Origin: Coleofasciculus sp. B1-GNL1-01
GTDB lineage: Bacteria > Cyanobacteriota > Cyanobacteriia > Cyanobacteriales > Coleofasciculaceae
Direction: 5' to 3' (one strand)
Assembly (NCBI GenBank): GCA_040220235.1
Contig: JAVJTO010000102.1
DNA length: 64,000 nucleotides
A program made the translations under genes and the position numbers. Positions 41,904 through 52,196 of this stretch are shown in pieces (the stretch's first letter is position 1; each line of letters opens with the position of its first letter). The notes under the pieces were generated by a model. That model was not told where the DNA came from. It worked only from the letters and a program-made list of their open reading frames with translations, and ran no database searches.

Positions 41904-42115
41904 TAGATTGCTTCCCCATCTTCAAGAGTATACAAATCGGGTTCATCGTACAGGAAGTTGAACGAGCCACCCTTTTGAGCCATTTGCATTAAGTCACCCG
42001 TTGAAGGACTTGATGATTCAAAAAATAGCTTTTCCTCAAGTAAATGACGTTCCTCTTTCGAGAGAGAGAGGATAACTTCGATTAGAGAGTCAACGAGTTT
42101 AGTGTTCATATTCAA
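41903..42115 (-). CDS. Putative antitoxin of the MazF-like toxin
   Basis: 70 aa; 1-bp overlap with the toxin; acidic C-terminus FLYDEPDLYTLEDGEAI. Confidence 0.72.
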   Translation of the reverse strand: MNMNTKLVDSLIEVILSLSKEERHLLEEKLFFESSSPSTGDLMQMAQKGGSFNFLYDEPDLYTLEDGEAI

Positions 42116-42268
42116 TGGTATTGTTATCCTCTAGTTAAGCCAAATTCAGTGTTTTGTAGAAGCTGTATCCCAGTCAGCTCAAGCCTCTAGTTTGGCATCC
42201 TAACCGATAAGCGATCGCACGTTGATCGGTCATCGTCTTGTTCTCCTGAGTTGAGCCAGATTCAGTCA

Positions 42269-42739
42269 TCAAAAGTGACGCCACCAATATTGTTTTAGTT
42301 GGTAGGCTTGGCGCAGGTGTTCCAAGGCGGCTGTTGATAGCAACCCTTTCACCAAAGCAACAAATTGTCCCCAGGCTAGCAATTGGGATTCACTCGTGGC
42401 TCGGTTGAACTGGTATCTATAGAATATTGTCCAAAATTCAGGCGCAATTGCAGACTTCCAGCGCTTGCGCCAGCGCACCATGTCTTGAAGTGTGGGAGGT
42501 TCAGCGTCCAGGATGGGTGGAAAGTCGGCGTAGCTGACGAAACGGCTCAACCCTTTGCCATGAACGTAAACGATATGTTTCCAGCATTCGATGCGATAAA
42601 TCTCGTCAGGAGAGCGGTTAAACAGTAAGGCGACTGTCTCAACGGTGACGAATCGTGCCAAGGGGTGACGGGTGGAGGATTTGTAATTGAGTTTTGAGGC
42701 TTCAAAGGTGGGCGTTTTTGTGGTATGTGTTGATAACAT
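42269..42739 (-). CDS. Hypothetical Trp/Arg-rich protein (intact member of the repeated module)
   Basis: 156-aa ORF (IYRIECWKHIVYVHGKGLSRFVSY); fragments recur at 38452, 40497, 41183, 42121 and ~43105-43190. Confidence 0.7.
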   Translation of the reverse strand: MLSTHTTKTPTFEASKLNYKSSTRHPLARFVTVETVALLFNRSPDEIYRIECWKHIVYVHGKGLSRFVSYADFPPILDAEPPTLQDMVRWRKRWKSAIAPEFWTIFYRYQFNRATSESQLLAWGQFVALVKGLLSTAALEHLRQAYQLKQYWWRHF

Positions 42740-42856
42740 AGTAATTGATTCCCATGCAATGGTAAGTCATTCCCTTGTAGTGGGGTGGAAAGGGCGATCG
42801 CTCTTAAGTTTGCGAGACTGGGAGAGCGATCGCTTTTTCCAATTCTCTCATTAAAC

Positions 42857-42870
42857 GATGCAACTGCATC
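42857..42870. promoter_or_regulatory. Candidate XRE operator palindrome GATGCA-AC-TGCATC
   Basis: Ends 11 nt before the XRE ATG (42882); the paralog has GGTGCAATTGCACC (43281-43294) at identical spacing. Confidence 0.6.
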
Positions 42871-42881
42871 ACTTGTCAAGG

Positions 42882-43094
42882 ATGGGGTTAGTTAGGCTAA
42901 AGATTCGAGAACTTGCACAAGAGAAGGGATGGACGTTGAAGGAAGTGTCCGATCGTTCCGGAGTCATTTACAGTACGGTGAGAAGTTATGCCCGTCGTCC
43001 TGGAATGTCAATGGTCGATTATACTGCCCTCTATAAGTTGGCTCGAACCTTTGATGTGATGATTGAGGACTTGGTTGAGATTTTGGAGGAGTAG
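42882..43094 (+). CDS. XRE/Cro-C1 helix-turn-helix regulator (copy 1)
   Basis: LKIRELAQEKGWTLKEVSDRSGV...LYKLARTFDVMIEDLVE; start assigned by alignment with copy 2. Confidence 0.9.
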   Translation: MGLVRLKIRELAQEKGWTLKEVSDRSGVIYSTVRSYARRPGMSMVDYTALYKLARTFDVMIEDLVEILEE

Positions 43095-43305
43095 TGGCTC
43101 AACTTTCCCCAAGCTAGCAATCGTGATTCAGTTGTAGATCCGTTGACAAGGATGGGCGTTTTTGTTGTAGGTGTTGATAACATAAAAGATACTTCCCATG
43201 TAATGGGGTGGAAAGGGCGATCGCTCTTGGGTTTGTCAGACTTAGAAGAGCGATCGCTTTATATATCAGAATTATCATAAGGTGCAATTGCACCGATAGT
43301 CAAGT

Positions 43306-43518
43306 ATGGGTTTAGTCAGGCTGAAAATTCGCGAACTGGCGGCTGAGAAAGGCTGGACGCTCAAGGAGGTTGCTGATCGTTCTGGCGTGACGTACAACAC
43401 GGTCAAAAGCTATGCCCGCCGTTCTGAGTTGTCAATGGTAGACTTTACCGCTATTCACAAGTTGGCTCGAACCTTTGATGTGATGATTGAGGATGTGGTT
43501 GAAATTTTGGAGGAGTAG
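43306..43518 (+). CDS. XRE/Cro-C1 helix-turn-helix regulator (copy 2)
   Basis: 70-aa close paralog of 42882-43094. Confidence 0.9.
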   Translation: MGLVRLKIRELAAEKGWTLKEVADRSGVTYNTVKSYARRSELSMVDFTAIHKLARTFDVMIEDVVEILEE

Positions 43519-43530
43519 ACGCGATAAACT

Positions 43531-43672
43531 GTAATCAACTGACGTTCAAGAATAACGATTCTTATCACCCTAATTTTAGAGAAAACCGCTAGTCAAGTAT
43601 TGGAAAATTCTGGCTCTAAAGCATCTAGAACAAATTCATCTGGACTGAGACAGGTGAGATTCTGAGACGAAA
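43531..43672 (-). pseudogene. Internal fragment of a MazF-like toxin gene
   Basis: Diverged copy of 41635-41776. Confidence 0.8.
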
Positions 43673-43687
43673 CAAGTCCGATTTTTT

Positions 43688-43786
43688 GGGAGCATCCCAA
43701 TTTGGCACGTTGGCTCTTTAAATGGGGCTGAAACCCTTGCAATTACGTTACTTGAGGTAATGCTTTGTCCAAAACGGGATGCTCCC
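43688..43786. mobile_element. 99-bp MITE with GGGAGCATCCC terminal inverted repeats
   Basis: GGGAGCATCCC...GGGATGCTCCC flanked by GATTTTTT / GATTTTTG (probable target-site duplication). Confidence 0.72.
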
Positions 43787-43794
43787 GATTTTTG

Positions 43795-44583
43795 TCAATG
43801 CCCAGCTCCTGACTTTTTCTTGACAACTGAACTAACACCCAAAGCACCTAATGTTAGCAAACCTATTGTGAAAGCAGGTTCCGGTACAGATTCGACGAAC
43901 TCACCCCTAACCACAAACCGTGTACGGGAAGTACCACCATTATTACCATTACGCCAATATGGGGGATTATATCCTTCTCCGTCATTCCACCAAAAGTAGG
44001 TCGCAATGTTAGTTGGGGGGATATCGGCTTGATCTGAGTAGTTCGGCATAGCACCAACGCCAGTTGCTCCGAACAAACTGCTTCCAAAAACGAGACCGTA
44101 ACTACCGGGGGTTAGAGTAACAGAAAGTGGAACAAATATCTCACTGCTGGGAAAGGTCGTAGTCAAAATCGTTGTCGCCAAAACCTCTTCCGGCAAAAAT
44201 GGTGTTCCTTGTGGAAGTGCATCAGAGCTATTTAGCGAGATAATGGCTCCAAATATGTCATATCCCCGTACCAAGTTCCCTTGGTACAACGATCCCCCTA
44301 AAAGATGTCCGCCAATATGTGTAACCTGAAGCGGTGTATCAATTTGAAATCTCCATCCGTAAAATTGGTTGTCGCTGATAGAAGTTCCTCCCCTTTGCCC
44401 AGTAGAACCAAGTGTTGCAGACTCCAAAGTTATGGTTGATGCCTGTGTCGTGCCAACTGTTCCTAGAGCAATAAATATTCCTCCAGCAGTAGCCATTGAT
44501 AACTTTTTCAGAACAGAACTGGTTCCGGAGGCTGTGTCAGCACAAGCAACTGCAATTTTCTGGTAGATGGTTGTCATATCCAA
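43795..44583 (-). CDS. PEP-CTERM sorting-domain surface protein
   Basis: KKLSMATAG signal peptide; C-terminal SVPEP + hydrophobic helix + KKK. Confidence 0.85.
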   Translation of the reverse strand: MDMTTIYQKIAVACADTASGTSSVLKKLSMATAGGIFIALGTVGTTQASTITLESATLGSTGQRGGTSISDNQFYGWRFQIDTPLQVTHIGGHLLGGSLYQGNLVRGYDIFGAIISLNSSDALPQGTPFLPEEVLATTILTTTFPSSEIFVPLSVTLTPGSYGLVFGSSLFGATGVGAMPNYSDQADIPPTNIATYFWWNDGEGYNPPYWRNGNNGGTSRTRFVVRGEFVESVPEPAFTIGLLTLGALGVSSVVKKKSGAGH

Positions 44584-44599
44584 ACCTGATAAGAATTTC

Positions 44600-44702
44600 T
44601 ATAGCAGTACGCTCTCACGTAGTTACAGTAAAAATGTTCTAAGGCGCTCCTGATAAAGCCTCCATTTCTAATGTGTAAATACACGCCTGGCGTCGGGCTA
44701 TA
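44600..44702. mobile_element. Putative degenerate TATAGC-ended MITE
   Basis: TATAGCAGTACGC...TTACA and TGTAA...GCGTCGGGCTATA form imperfect terminal inverted repeats. Confidence 0.5.
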
Positions 44703-44826
44703 TTTATTAGTTTAATCCTTTCCCAGAAGCTGGATATGAAGAGTTGATGAAACAAGCATAGAATTATGTAAAGCATGGTAAAGTGCAACTTCTGAATTTG
44801 GCATAAACTCTCAAAACCTGCAATTC

Positions 44827-44855
44827 AAAATCCCCCACCCGAAGGCAGGGGATTT
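44827..44855 (-). terminator. Rho-independent terminator of psaAB
   Basis: Minus strand AAATCCCCTGCC-TTCG-GGTGGGGGATTTT about 30 nt after the psaB stop. Confidence 0.8.
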
Positions 44856-44883
44856 GTTTAATTACCTACAAGGCTTCAGCTCG

Positions 44884-47112
44884 TTAACCGAACTTACCCG
44901 CAGTTGAGGCAATCACAAACGCCGCATAAGTTAGGACATACCCCACCGTAAAGTGAGCTAGACCAACCACACGAGCTTGAACGATGGACAGAGCAACCGG
45001 CTTGTCCTTCCAACGAACCAGGTTCGCCAGAGGCGTGCGCTCGTGCGCCCAAACCAACGTTTCAATCAGTTCTTGCCAGTAACCACGCCAGCTAATCAGG
45101 AACATGAAGCCAGTCGCCCAGATTAGGTGTCCTAAGAGGAACATCCAAGCCCAAACCGACAGGTTATTGGTTCCAAACGGGTTGTACCCATTAATTAGCT
45201 GAGAGGAGTTCAGCCAGAGGTAGTCGCGTAGCCAACCCATCAGATAGGTTGAGTTCTGATTAAATGTAGCTACGTTGCCTTGCCAGATGCCCAGATGCTT
45301 CCAGTGCCAGTAGAAGGTTACCCAACCAATGGTATTCAGCATCCAGAACATGGCTAGATAGAAAGCGTCCCAAGCGGAGATATCGCAGGTGCCGCCACGA
45401 CCGGGACCGTCGCAGGGGAAGCTGTAGCCGAAGTCTTTTTTATCGGGCATCAGCTTAGAACCACGGGCATCCAACGCACCTTTGACCAGAATCAAAGTGG
45501 TGGTATGCAGACCGAGTGCGATCGCGTGGTGAACTAAGAAGTCACCAGGACCAATGGTCAGGAACAAGGAGTTACCGCCATCGTTAATCGCATCTAACCA
45601 ACCGGGTAACCAAACGTTCCCGTAGTTGGGCCAAGCCGTGGTCGCAATGCTATCAGGATTAGATAGCAGCGTATCGAATCCATAGAGCAGCTTACCGTGA
45701 GCCGCTTGAATCCATTGAGCGAAAACTGGCTCAATTAGAATTTGCTTTTCAGGAGTTCCAAATGCCACAACCACATCGTTGTGAACATACAGACCCAAGG
45801 TGTGGAATCCGAGGAACAAGGAAACCCAGCTCAAGTGAGAGATGATTGCTTCCTTGTGATCCAATACCCGTGCCAACACATTGTTTTTATTCGCTTCGGG
45901 GTCGTAGTCTCGCACCAGGAAGATTGCTCCGTGGGCGAAAGCACCGACCATTAAGAAGCCGGCAATGTATTGGTGGTGAGTATACAACGCTGCCTGCGTG
46001 GTGTAATCCCGCGCCATAAATGCGTAAGGCGGCAAGGAATACATGTGTTGCGCCACCAGCGAGGTCACTACACCTAAGCAAGCCAAGTGCCAACCTAACT
46101 GGAAGTGCAGCGAGTTGTTATAGGTGTCGTAGATTCCTTTGTGACCTTCACCCAACAAACCACCAAACGGGGTTCCCGGTGGGGGATTATGCGCTGCCAT
46201 GATGTCTTTCATGCTGTGTCCAATACCGAAGTTTGTCCGGTACATATGACCTGCAATGATAAACAGAACAGCGATCGCCAGGTGGTGATGAGCAATATCG
46301 GTCAGCCACAGGGATTCAGTCTGAGGATGGAACCCACCTAAGAAGGTAAGAATCGCAGATCCAGCCCCTTCAGAGGTACCAAAGATATGGTTCGCTGTAT
46401 CTGGATTCTGGGCATAAACCCCCCAGTTTCCTGTGAAAAACGGAGCTAAACCCGCTGGGTGTGGCTTGACGGACAGGAAGTTATCCCAACCCACATGCTG
46501 TCCCCGAGCTTCGGGAATCGCAACGTGAACCAGGTGGCCCGTCCATGCTAAGGAACTCACCCCAAACAAACCCGCTAAGTGGTGGTTTAGGCGAGACTCA
46601 GCATTTTTAAACCAAGCCAAGCTGGGACGGAACTTGGGTTGTAAGTGCAGCCAACCTGCAAACAGGAAGACGGCGGATAGCACAAGGAGGAACAATGCCC
46701 CTTGATACAGATCCCCATTTGTCCGCATCCCTACGGTGTACCACCAGTGATACACCCCAGAGTAAGCAATATCAACAGGGTTAGACGCACCGGCTTGGGT
46801 AAAGGCATCAACAGCCGGTTGACCGAATTGAGGGTCCCAAATCGCGTGGGCGATCGGACGGACATTGAGCGGATCTTTGATCCACTGTTCAAAGTTGCCT
46901 TGCCAGGCGACGTGGAACAGACTGCCAGAGGTCCACAGGAAAATGATTGCGAGATGACCGAAGTGAGAGGCGAAAATCTTCTGATAAAGATTTTCCTCCG
47001 TCATGCCATCATGGCTCTCAAAGTCATGGGCGGTGGCAATTCCGTACCAGATTCGACGTGTAGTCGGATCTTGAGCGAGATCCTGGCTAAATTTCGGAAA
47101 TTTTGTTGCCAT
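44884..47112 (-). CDS. psaB: Photosystem I P700 apoprotein A2
   Basis: [24 protein letters not shown] motif [13 protein letters not shown]; 742 aa. Confidence 0.99.
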   Translation of the reverse strand: MATKFPKFSQDLAQDPTTRRIWYGIATAHDFESHDGMTEENLYQKIFASHFGHLAIIFLWTSGSLFHVAWQGNFEQWIKDPLNVRPIAHAIWDPQFGQPAVDAFTQAGASNPVDIAYSGVYHWWYTVGMRTNGDLYQGALFLLVLSAVFLFAGWLHLQPKFRPSLAWFKNAESRLNHHLAGLFGVSSLAWTGHLVHVAIPEARGQHVGWDNFLSVKPHPAGLAPFFTGNWGVYAQNPDTANHIFGTSEGAGSAILTFLGGFHPQTESLWLTDIAHHHLAIAVLFIIAGHMYRTNFGIGHSMKDIMAAHNPPPGTPFGGLLGEGHKGIYDTYNNSLHFQLGWHLACLGVVTSLVAQHMYSLPPYAFMARDYTTQAALYTHHQYIAGFLMVGAFAHGAIFLVRDYDPEANKNNVLARVLDHKEAIISHLSWVSLFLGFHTLGLYVHNDVVVAFGTPEKQILIEPVFAQWIQAAHGKLLYGFDTLLSNPDSIATTAWPNYGNVWLPGWLDAINDGGNSLFLTIGPGDFLVHHAIALGLHTTTLILVKGALDARGSKLMPDKKDFGYSFPCDGPGRGGTCDISAWDAFYLAMFWMLNTIGWVTFYWHWKHLGIWQGNVATFNQNSTYLMGWLRDYLWLNSSQLINGYNPFGTNNLSVWAWMFLLGHLIWATGFMFLISWRGYWQELIETLVWAHERTPLANLVRWKDKPVALSIVQARVVGLAHFTVGYVLTYAAFVIASTAGKFG

Positions 47113-47267
47113 CTGTCTTTCGTTAGGAAATCCTACAGAGACTTATGCTTTTGCTGCTCGTTTTCTGTCTTTTTTGACCCCCTGGAACCGAAGTTCCAGT
47201 TTGGGATGGGGTCGAGACAGGCAAGACCTGGTGTCCTGCTTTATAGTGGTATCGATTCAAACAGCCG

Positions 47268-49523
47268 TCATCCGACTGCTAGGATTCGTGCCAGGAAGAA
47301 TGCCCAAGTGGTGACAATTCCTCCTAGGAGGTAGTGAGCTACCCCCACAGCCCGACCCTGAATGATGCTCAGAGCGCGAGGCTGAATCGCTGGAGCCACT
47401 TTTAGTTTATTATGCGCCCAAACGATGGATTCGATCAGCTCTTGCCAGTAGCCGCGACCACTGAACAGGAACATCAAACTGAATGCCCAGACAAAGTGAG
47501 CGCCTAAGAACAGGATGCCATACGCTGACAACGCTGTGCCGTAGGAGTTAATCACCTGAGAGGCTTGCGCCCAGAGGAAGTCACGCAACCAACCGTTAAT
47601 TGTAATTGCGCTGGCGGCAAAGTTACCGCCCGTGATATGAGACACGGTACCATCTGGTGAGACTGTTCCCCAGACATCGGACTGCATCTTCCAGCTAAAG
47701 TGGAAAATTACAATCGAGATGCAGTTATACATCCAGAACAGACCGAGGAAGACGTGATCCCAAGCTGATACTTGGCAAGTACCACCCCGACCAGGACCAT
47801 CGCAGGGGAAGCGGAAACCCAAGGATGATTTGTCAGGAATCAAACGAGAGTTCCGGGCGTATAGCACACCTTTAAGCAGAATCAGTGCGGTAACATGAAT
47901 CTGGAAGGCGTGAATATGGTGGATTAAGAAATCCGCCGTTCCCAAGGTGATCGGCATCATTGCCACTTTGCCACCCACAGCAACCATGCCACCGCCAAAG
48001 GCGTAGCTAACAGGTTCTAGGGCATTGGGAGCGGTTCCGCCGGGAGCCAGGGTATGCAAATGCTGCACCCACTGAGCAAAGATCGGTTGGAGTTGAATCC
48101 CCGTATCCGAGAACATATCTTGAGGACGACCAAAAGCTCGCATCGTGTCGTTGTGAACGTACAGACCGAAGCTATGGAAGCCGAGGAAGATACAAACCCA
48201 GTTCAGGTGAGAAATAATCGCATCCCGGTGACGGATGACCCGATCCAATAGGTTATCCACATGAATATTGGGATCATAGTCCCGCACCATGAAGATTGCC
48301 GCGTGAGCAGCACCCCCAACGATACAGAAGGCACCAATCCACATGTGGTGGGTAAAGATGGACAATTGCGTACCATAATCGGTGGCTAAGTACGGATACG
48401 GAGGCATCGCGTACATGTGATGCGCCACGATAATGGTCAGCGAACCGAGCAGCGCTAAGTTCCAGGACAGTTGAGCATGCCAGGAGGTGGTGAAGATCTC
48501 ATACATCCCTTTGTGACCTTGACCGGTAAAGGGACCCTTATGAGCTTCTAGAACTTCCTTAAAGCTATGACCAATTCCCCAGTTCGTCCGGTAGAAGTGA
48601 CCTGCGATGATAAACAGAACCGCGATCGCTAAGTGGTGATGCGCGGTATCGGAGAGCCACAATCCACCTGTGGTTGGGTTTAACCCACCTTTAAAGGTGA
48701 GGAAGTCAGAATACGCCCCCCAGTTCAGGGTGAAGAACGGCTTCAACCCTTGCTCGAAACTGGGATATAACTCTGCCATCAAGCTCTTGTTCAGGATGAA
48801 CTCGTGGGGGAGAGGAATATCCTCAGGAGCTACCCCAGCATCCAGTAGCTTGTTGATCGGCAGAGAGACGTGAATCTGGTGACCCGCCCAACCTAATGAT
48901 CCACAACCTAACAATCCAGCTAAGTGGTGGTTCATTACGGACTCTACATTCTGGAACCATTCCAACTTAGGCGCCCGCTTGTGGTAGTGGAACCAGCCAG
49001 CAAACAGCATCAGGGCTGCCATGACTAGACCACCAATGGCGGTGCAGTAGAGTTGGAATTCATTGGTGATTCCAGATGCACGCCAGATTTGGAAGAATCC
49101 TGACGTGATTTGAATGCCGTGGAACCCGCCACCGACATCCGCATTTAAAATGTCTTGACCCACGATGGGCCAGACTACTTGAGCGCTTGGCTTGATATTG
49201 ATTGGATCAGTAAGCCAAGCTTCGTAGTTGGAAAACCGAGCGCCATGGAAATACATGCCGCTCAACCAGACAAAAATAACCGCTAGGTGACCGAAGTGAG
49301 CGCTAAAGATTTTGCGCGATACATCTTCTAGGTCACTGGTATGACTATCGAAATCATGAGCGTTCGCGTGAAGGTTCCAAATCCAAGTGGTGGTTTTTGG
49401 TCCCTTGGCTAGGGTACGGTCGAAATGTCCCGGTTTAGACCACTTCTCAAATGAAGTAGGAACGGGATCTTTATCAACTGTTACCTTTGCCTTCGTGTCC
49501 CGCTCAGGAGGGCTGATTGTCAT
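47268..49523 (-). CDS. psaA: Photosystem I P700 apoprotein A1
   Basis: MTISPPER start at 49523 with a GAGAGGAG RBS (the 60-codon upstream extension of the ORF call is not supported); FX motif [13 protein letters not shown]; 751 aa. Confidence 0.99.
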   Translation of the reverse strand: MTISPPERDTKAKVTVDKDPVPTSFEKWSKPGHFDRTLAKGPKTTTWIWNLHANAHDFDSHTSDLEDVSRKIFSAHFGHLAVIFVWLSGMYFHGARFSNYEAWLTDPINIKPSAQVVWPIVGQDILNADVGGGFHGIQITSGFFQIWRASGITNEFQLYCTAIGGLVMAALMLFAGWFHYHKRAPKLEWFQNVESVMNHHLAGLLGCGSLGWAGHQIHVSLPINKLLDAGVAPEDIPLPHEFILNKSLMAELYPSFEQGLKPFFTLNWGAYSDFLTFKGGLNPTTGGLWLSDTAHHHLAIAVLFIIAGHFYRTNWGIGHSFKEVLEAHKGPFTGQGHKGMYEIFTTSWHAQLSWNLALLGSLTIIVAHHMYAMPPYPYLATDYGTQLSIFTHHMWIGAFCIVGGAAHAAIFMVRDYDPNIHVDNLLDRVIRHRDAIISHLNWVCIFLGFHSFGLYVHNDTMRAFGRPQDMFSDTGIQLQPIFAQWVQHLHTLAPGGTAPNALEPVSYAFGGGMVAVGGKVAMMPITLGTADFLIHHIHAFQIHVTALILLKGVLYARNSRLIPDKSSLGFRFPCDGPGRGGTCQVSAWDHVFLGLFWMYNCISIVIFHFSWKMQSDVWGTVSPDGTVSHITGGNFAASAITINGWLRDFLWAQASQVINSYGTALSAYGILFLGAHFVWAFSLMFLFSGRGYWQELIESIVWAHNKLKVAPAIQPRALSIIQGRAVGVAHYLLGGIVTTWAFFLARILAVG

Positions 49524-49795
49524 CAGGAGTCTCCTCTCTATACAAGGAACGAGAAATATCCAAAAGGAAGTTTGCTTTTTTATCAATTTAGCGGAAAGTA
49601 CCGCTTTTGGCGTAACTTTCCTGGAAAAACGATATCCCCGTTGAAATTCAGGGGATACTCTTTTGTTGATGATAGGTCTGCTAGAGGCAGTCTTGGGCTG
49701 CACTTAACAAAAATTCAAATTTCAGCAAATCAAGGTCTACTTTGGGTTTTGATTTGAGCAAACTCCCAAAAAAGTCAAGAGTGTGATCGATAAAA

Positions 49796-49813
49796 TTTAC
49801 AAAACTAAACAAT
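49796..49813 (+). promoter_or_regulatory. HLR1-like (RpaB) direct repeat upstream of psaA
   Basis: TTTACAAA-AC-TAAACAAT fits (G/T)TTACA(T/A)(T/A)-N2 repeats with mismatches; RpaB control of psaAB is established. Confidence 0.55.
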
Positions 49814-49949
49814 AGACAGGTTTAATCTCAGATTGGTCATTCGTCATTCGTCCTTCGTTATCTCCCCCATCCATCATGTAGAGGAGGAGTAGAGGAGGAG
49901 CCATTGTTCGCTATAGTTCCTAATGAGCAGAATTAGTTGAGGAGATGGT

Positions 49950-51989
49950 GTGTTGGCTAGGAATCTCTGGTGGAAAACAGTAAGAGCAATTTGTTCAGTC
50001 GTGCTGGTGGTAGTACTGATGGTAGGACTGGTGGCATGTGGCGATCGCACCGAAACCTTACCCCCCATTGAAGAGGAAGCCCCACCGCCAACCGAACCAG
50101 TAGCACAACTCTCAGAAGTCGCCCCACCCCCAATGATTCAGCAACTGAACCGCCGCTTAGAAAGCTATCAGCCTCAAGTCACCATCTTGAGTCCCACTCC
50201 GGATCAGATTCTCCAAGACACCACCGTCTCCGTAAAATTCCAGGTGCAGGACTTACCCCTGTTCAAAAACCCAGAATTAAACATGAGTCCTCATCTCAAC
50301 GTAATTCTTGACAATCAGTCTCATATTCCGGTTTACAACATCGATAAACCCCTAATCCTGGAAGACGTATCCCCCGGAACCCACACCCTAAGAGTTTTCG
50401 CCGCTCGTCCTTGGCATGAAAGCTTTAAAAATGAAGGAGCCTACGCTCAAACCACATTTCACGTATTTACCAAAACTGACGATAATAATCCGGTAGCCAA
50501 CCTACCGCTTTTAACCTACAACCACCCCCTAGGCAGCTATGGTACTGAGCCTATCCTGCTCGACTTCTACCTGACGAATGCTCCCCTGCACCTCGTTGCC
50601 CAAGAAAACCCAGAAGACGAGATTGTCGATTGGCAAATTCGCGTCACCATCAATGGTGAAAGTTTTACCCTTGATCGCTGGCAGTCCGTTTATCTCAACG
50701 GCTTTAAACCCGGTAAAAACTGGGTACAGCTAGAGTTTCTGGATGAGCAAGGGAATCCGGTTAAAAACGCTTACAATAACACGGCACGGCTCATTCATTA
50801 TCAGCCAGGGGGCGATGACACCCTATCTCAGTTAATGCGGAACGAACTCTCTATTGAAGTTGCCCGTAGCCTTATCGATCCCAACTATAAAGTTCAAGCC
50901 ACACCAACACCCACGCCAGAAGTAATCCCGACACCCGCACCTGAACCGACTCCATCGCCTACAGTCGAGCCAACACCAATACCGTCAGTGTCTCCCACTC
51001 CCGTTGAAGAAAAACCAACGGTTGAACCAGAGATACCCGAACAAATTCCCACCCCTGAACCCGAAACACCTATTGAAGAAAAACCAACGGTTGAACCAGA
51101 AATACCCGAACAAACTCCCGCTTCTGAACCCGAAACACCTATTGAAGAAAAACCAATACCTGAACCCAAAACCAAGGCAGAATCTCCCACAGTCGTAAAA
51201 CCTGCTATGCCAGATGCAACCGTTCCCTCAACCAAAGACTTGGCAACTCCTGAAGCCACACCCACAGACAAATCCCCCTCCCGTGGCTTTTTCAATCGCT
51301 TCTATCAAACCATCCGGGAACGATTCCAAAAACCCAAAGTGTCTCCTACCCCATCCACTGAACAACCAGAAGCACTAGAAACACCGTTACCTGAACCTGA
51401 AGTTTTGCCAGAGGAAACCGAGTCGCCGCCAGAACCGCCAGCGGATACGGAACCTGTAACTTCACCCCAGATAACTCCTGAGGAAGCCTCGAATATCGTG
51501 ACTGAGAAAACCGAATCTCAGCCAAAACCCGAAGCATCTACATCCTTGGATAAAACCCAAACATCGCCACAGGAACCCCAAGCAGAGACAGAACCAGTAA
51601 CTTCACCCCAGATAACTCCTGAGGAAGCCTCGGATATCGTGACTGAGCCAACCAAATCTCAGCCAGAACCCGAAGCATCTACATCCTTGGATAAAACTCG
51701 AACATCCCCAGAGGAACCCCAAGCGGAAACAGAACCCGCAACTCCAGCCCCAAAAACTCCCCCACCGTCATCTGAAGTGATTCCAGAGGACACAGAATCG
51801 AACCCAGAGACAACCCAAACTGCTCCAGAAGAGGCGACAGAAAAATCAGTAACTCCCGATAAACCATTGCCGCCGGAATCCCCTGAATCGGAAGAAGACA
51901 CGCCAACTCCCTCGCCAACACCAACAATTAAGCCTGTCGTTCCTGACGCTGACTTGCCACCAACCTTACCCGAACTGATTGAAAAATAA
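49950..51989 (+). CDS. Putative lipoprotein with conserved N-terminal globular part and Pro/Glu/Thr-rich repetitive tail
   Basis: Hydrophobic helix + LVAC lipobox; PGTHTLRVFAARPWHESFK; internal 69-bp (23-aa) and 141-bp (47-aa) tandem duplications. Confidence 0.75.
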   Translation: MLARNLWWKTVRAICSVVLVVVLMVGLVACGDRTETLPPIEEEAPPPTEPVAQLSEVAPPPMIQQLNRRLESYQPQVTILSPTPDQILQDTTVSVKFQVQDLPLFKNPELNMSPHLNVILDNQSHIPVYNIDKPLILEDVSPGTHTLRVFAARPWHESFKNEGAYAQTTFHVFTKTDDNNPVANLPLLTYNHPLGSYGTEPILLDFYLTNAPLHLVAQENPEDEIVDWQIRVTINGESFTLDRWQSVYLNGFKPGKNWVQLEFLDEQGNPVKNAYNNTARLIHYQPGGDDTLSQLMRNELSIEVARSLIDPNYKVQATPTPTPEVIPTPAPEPTPSPTVEPTPIPSVSPTPVEEKPTVEPEIPEQIPTPEPETPIEEKPTVEPEIPEQTPASEPETPIEEKPIPEPKTKAESPTVVKPAMPDATVPSTKDLATPEATPTDKSPSRGFFNRFYQTIRERFQKPKVSPTPSTEQPEALETPLPEPEVLPEETESPPEPPADTEPVTSPQITPEEASNIVTEKTESQPKPEASTSLDKTQTSPQEPQAETEPVTSPQITPEEASDIVTEPTKSQPEPEASTSLDKTRTSPEEPQAETEPATPAPKTPPPSSEVIPEDTESNPETTQTAPEEATEKSVTPDKPLPPESPESEEDTPTPSPTPTIKPVVPDADLPPTLPELIEK

Positions 51990-52196
51990 TGCGAATAACT
52001 GGCTTCCCCCTTTTGAAGGGGGACGGGAGGGGGATCTAATCGGGGGACGGAAGAGGGATCGAAAAAGGAGGACGAGAGGGAAATCTGTAAGGCGATAGGT
52101 AGATCACATCTGTTGCGAATACTTGGAAAAACGGTATTACAGTGAACGGTGGGTTAGGATCTCAGCAGTAAGCAATGAACAATCATAGAGAATCGC

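Noticed and set aside
38452..43672. Classical integron or prophage
   Set aside because: No tyrosine integrase, no clear attC core sites and no phage structural genes in the window.
44884..49523. psaAB as a far-red-light paralog set
   Set aside because: No neighbouring rfp, apc, psb or chlF genes, and the context looks like an ordinary psaAB operon; a phylogeny would be needed to say more.
49524..49703. 60-aa N-terminal extension of PsaA
   Set aside because: The canonical MTISPPER start with an RBS is at 49523; the extension is leader/promoter DNA.
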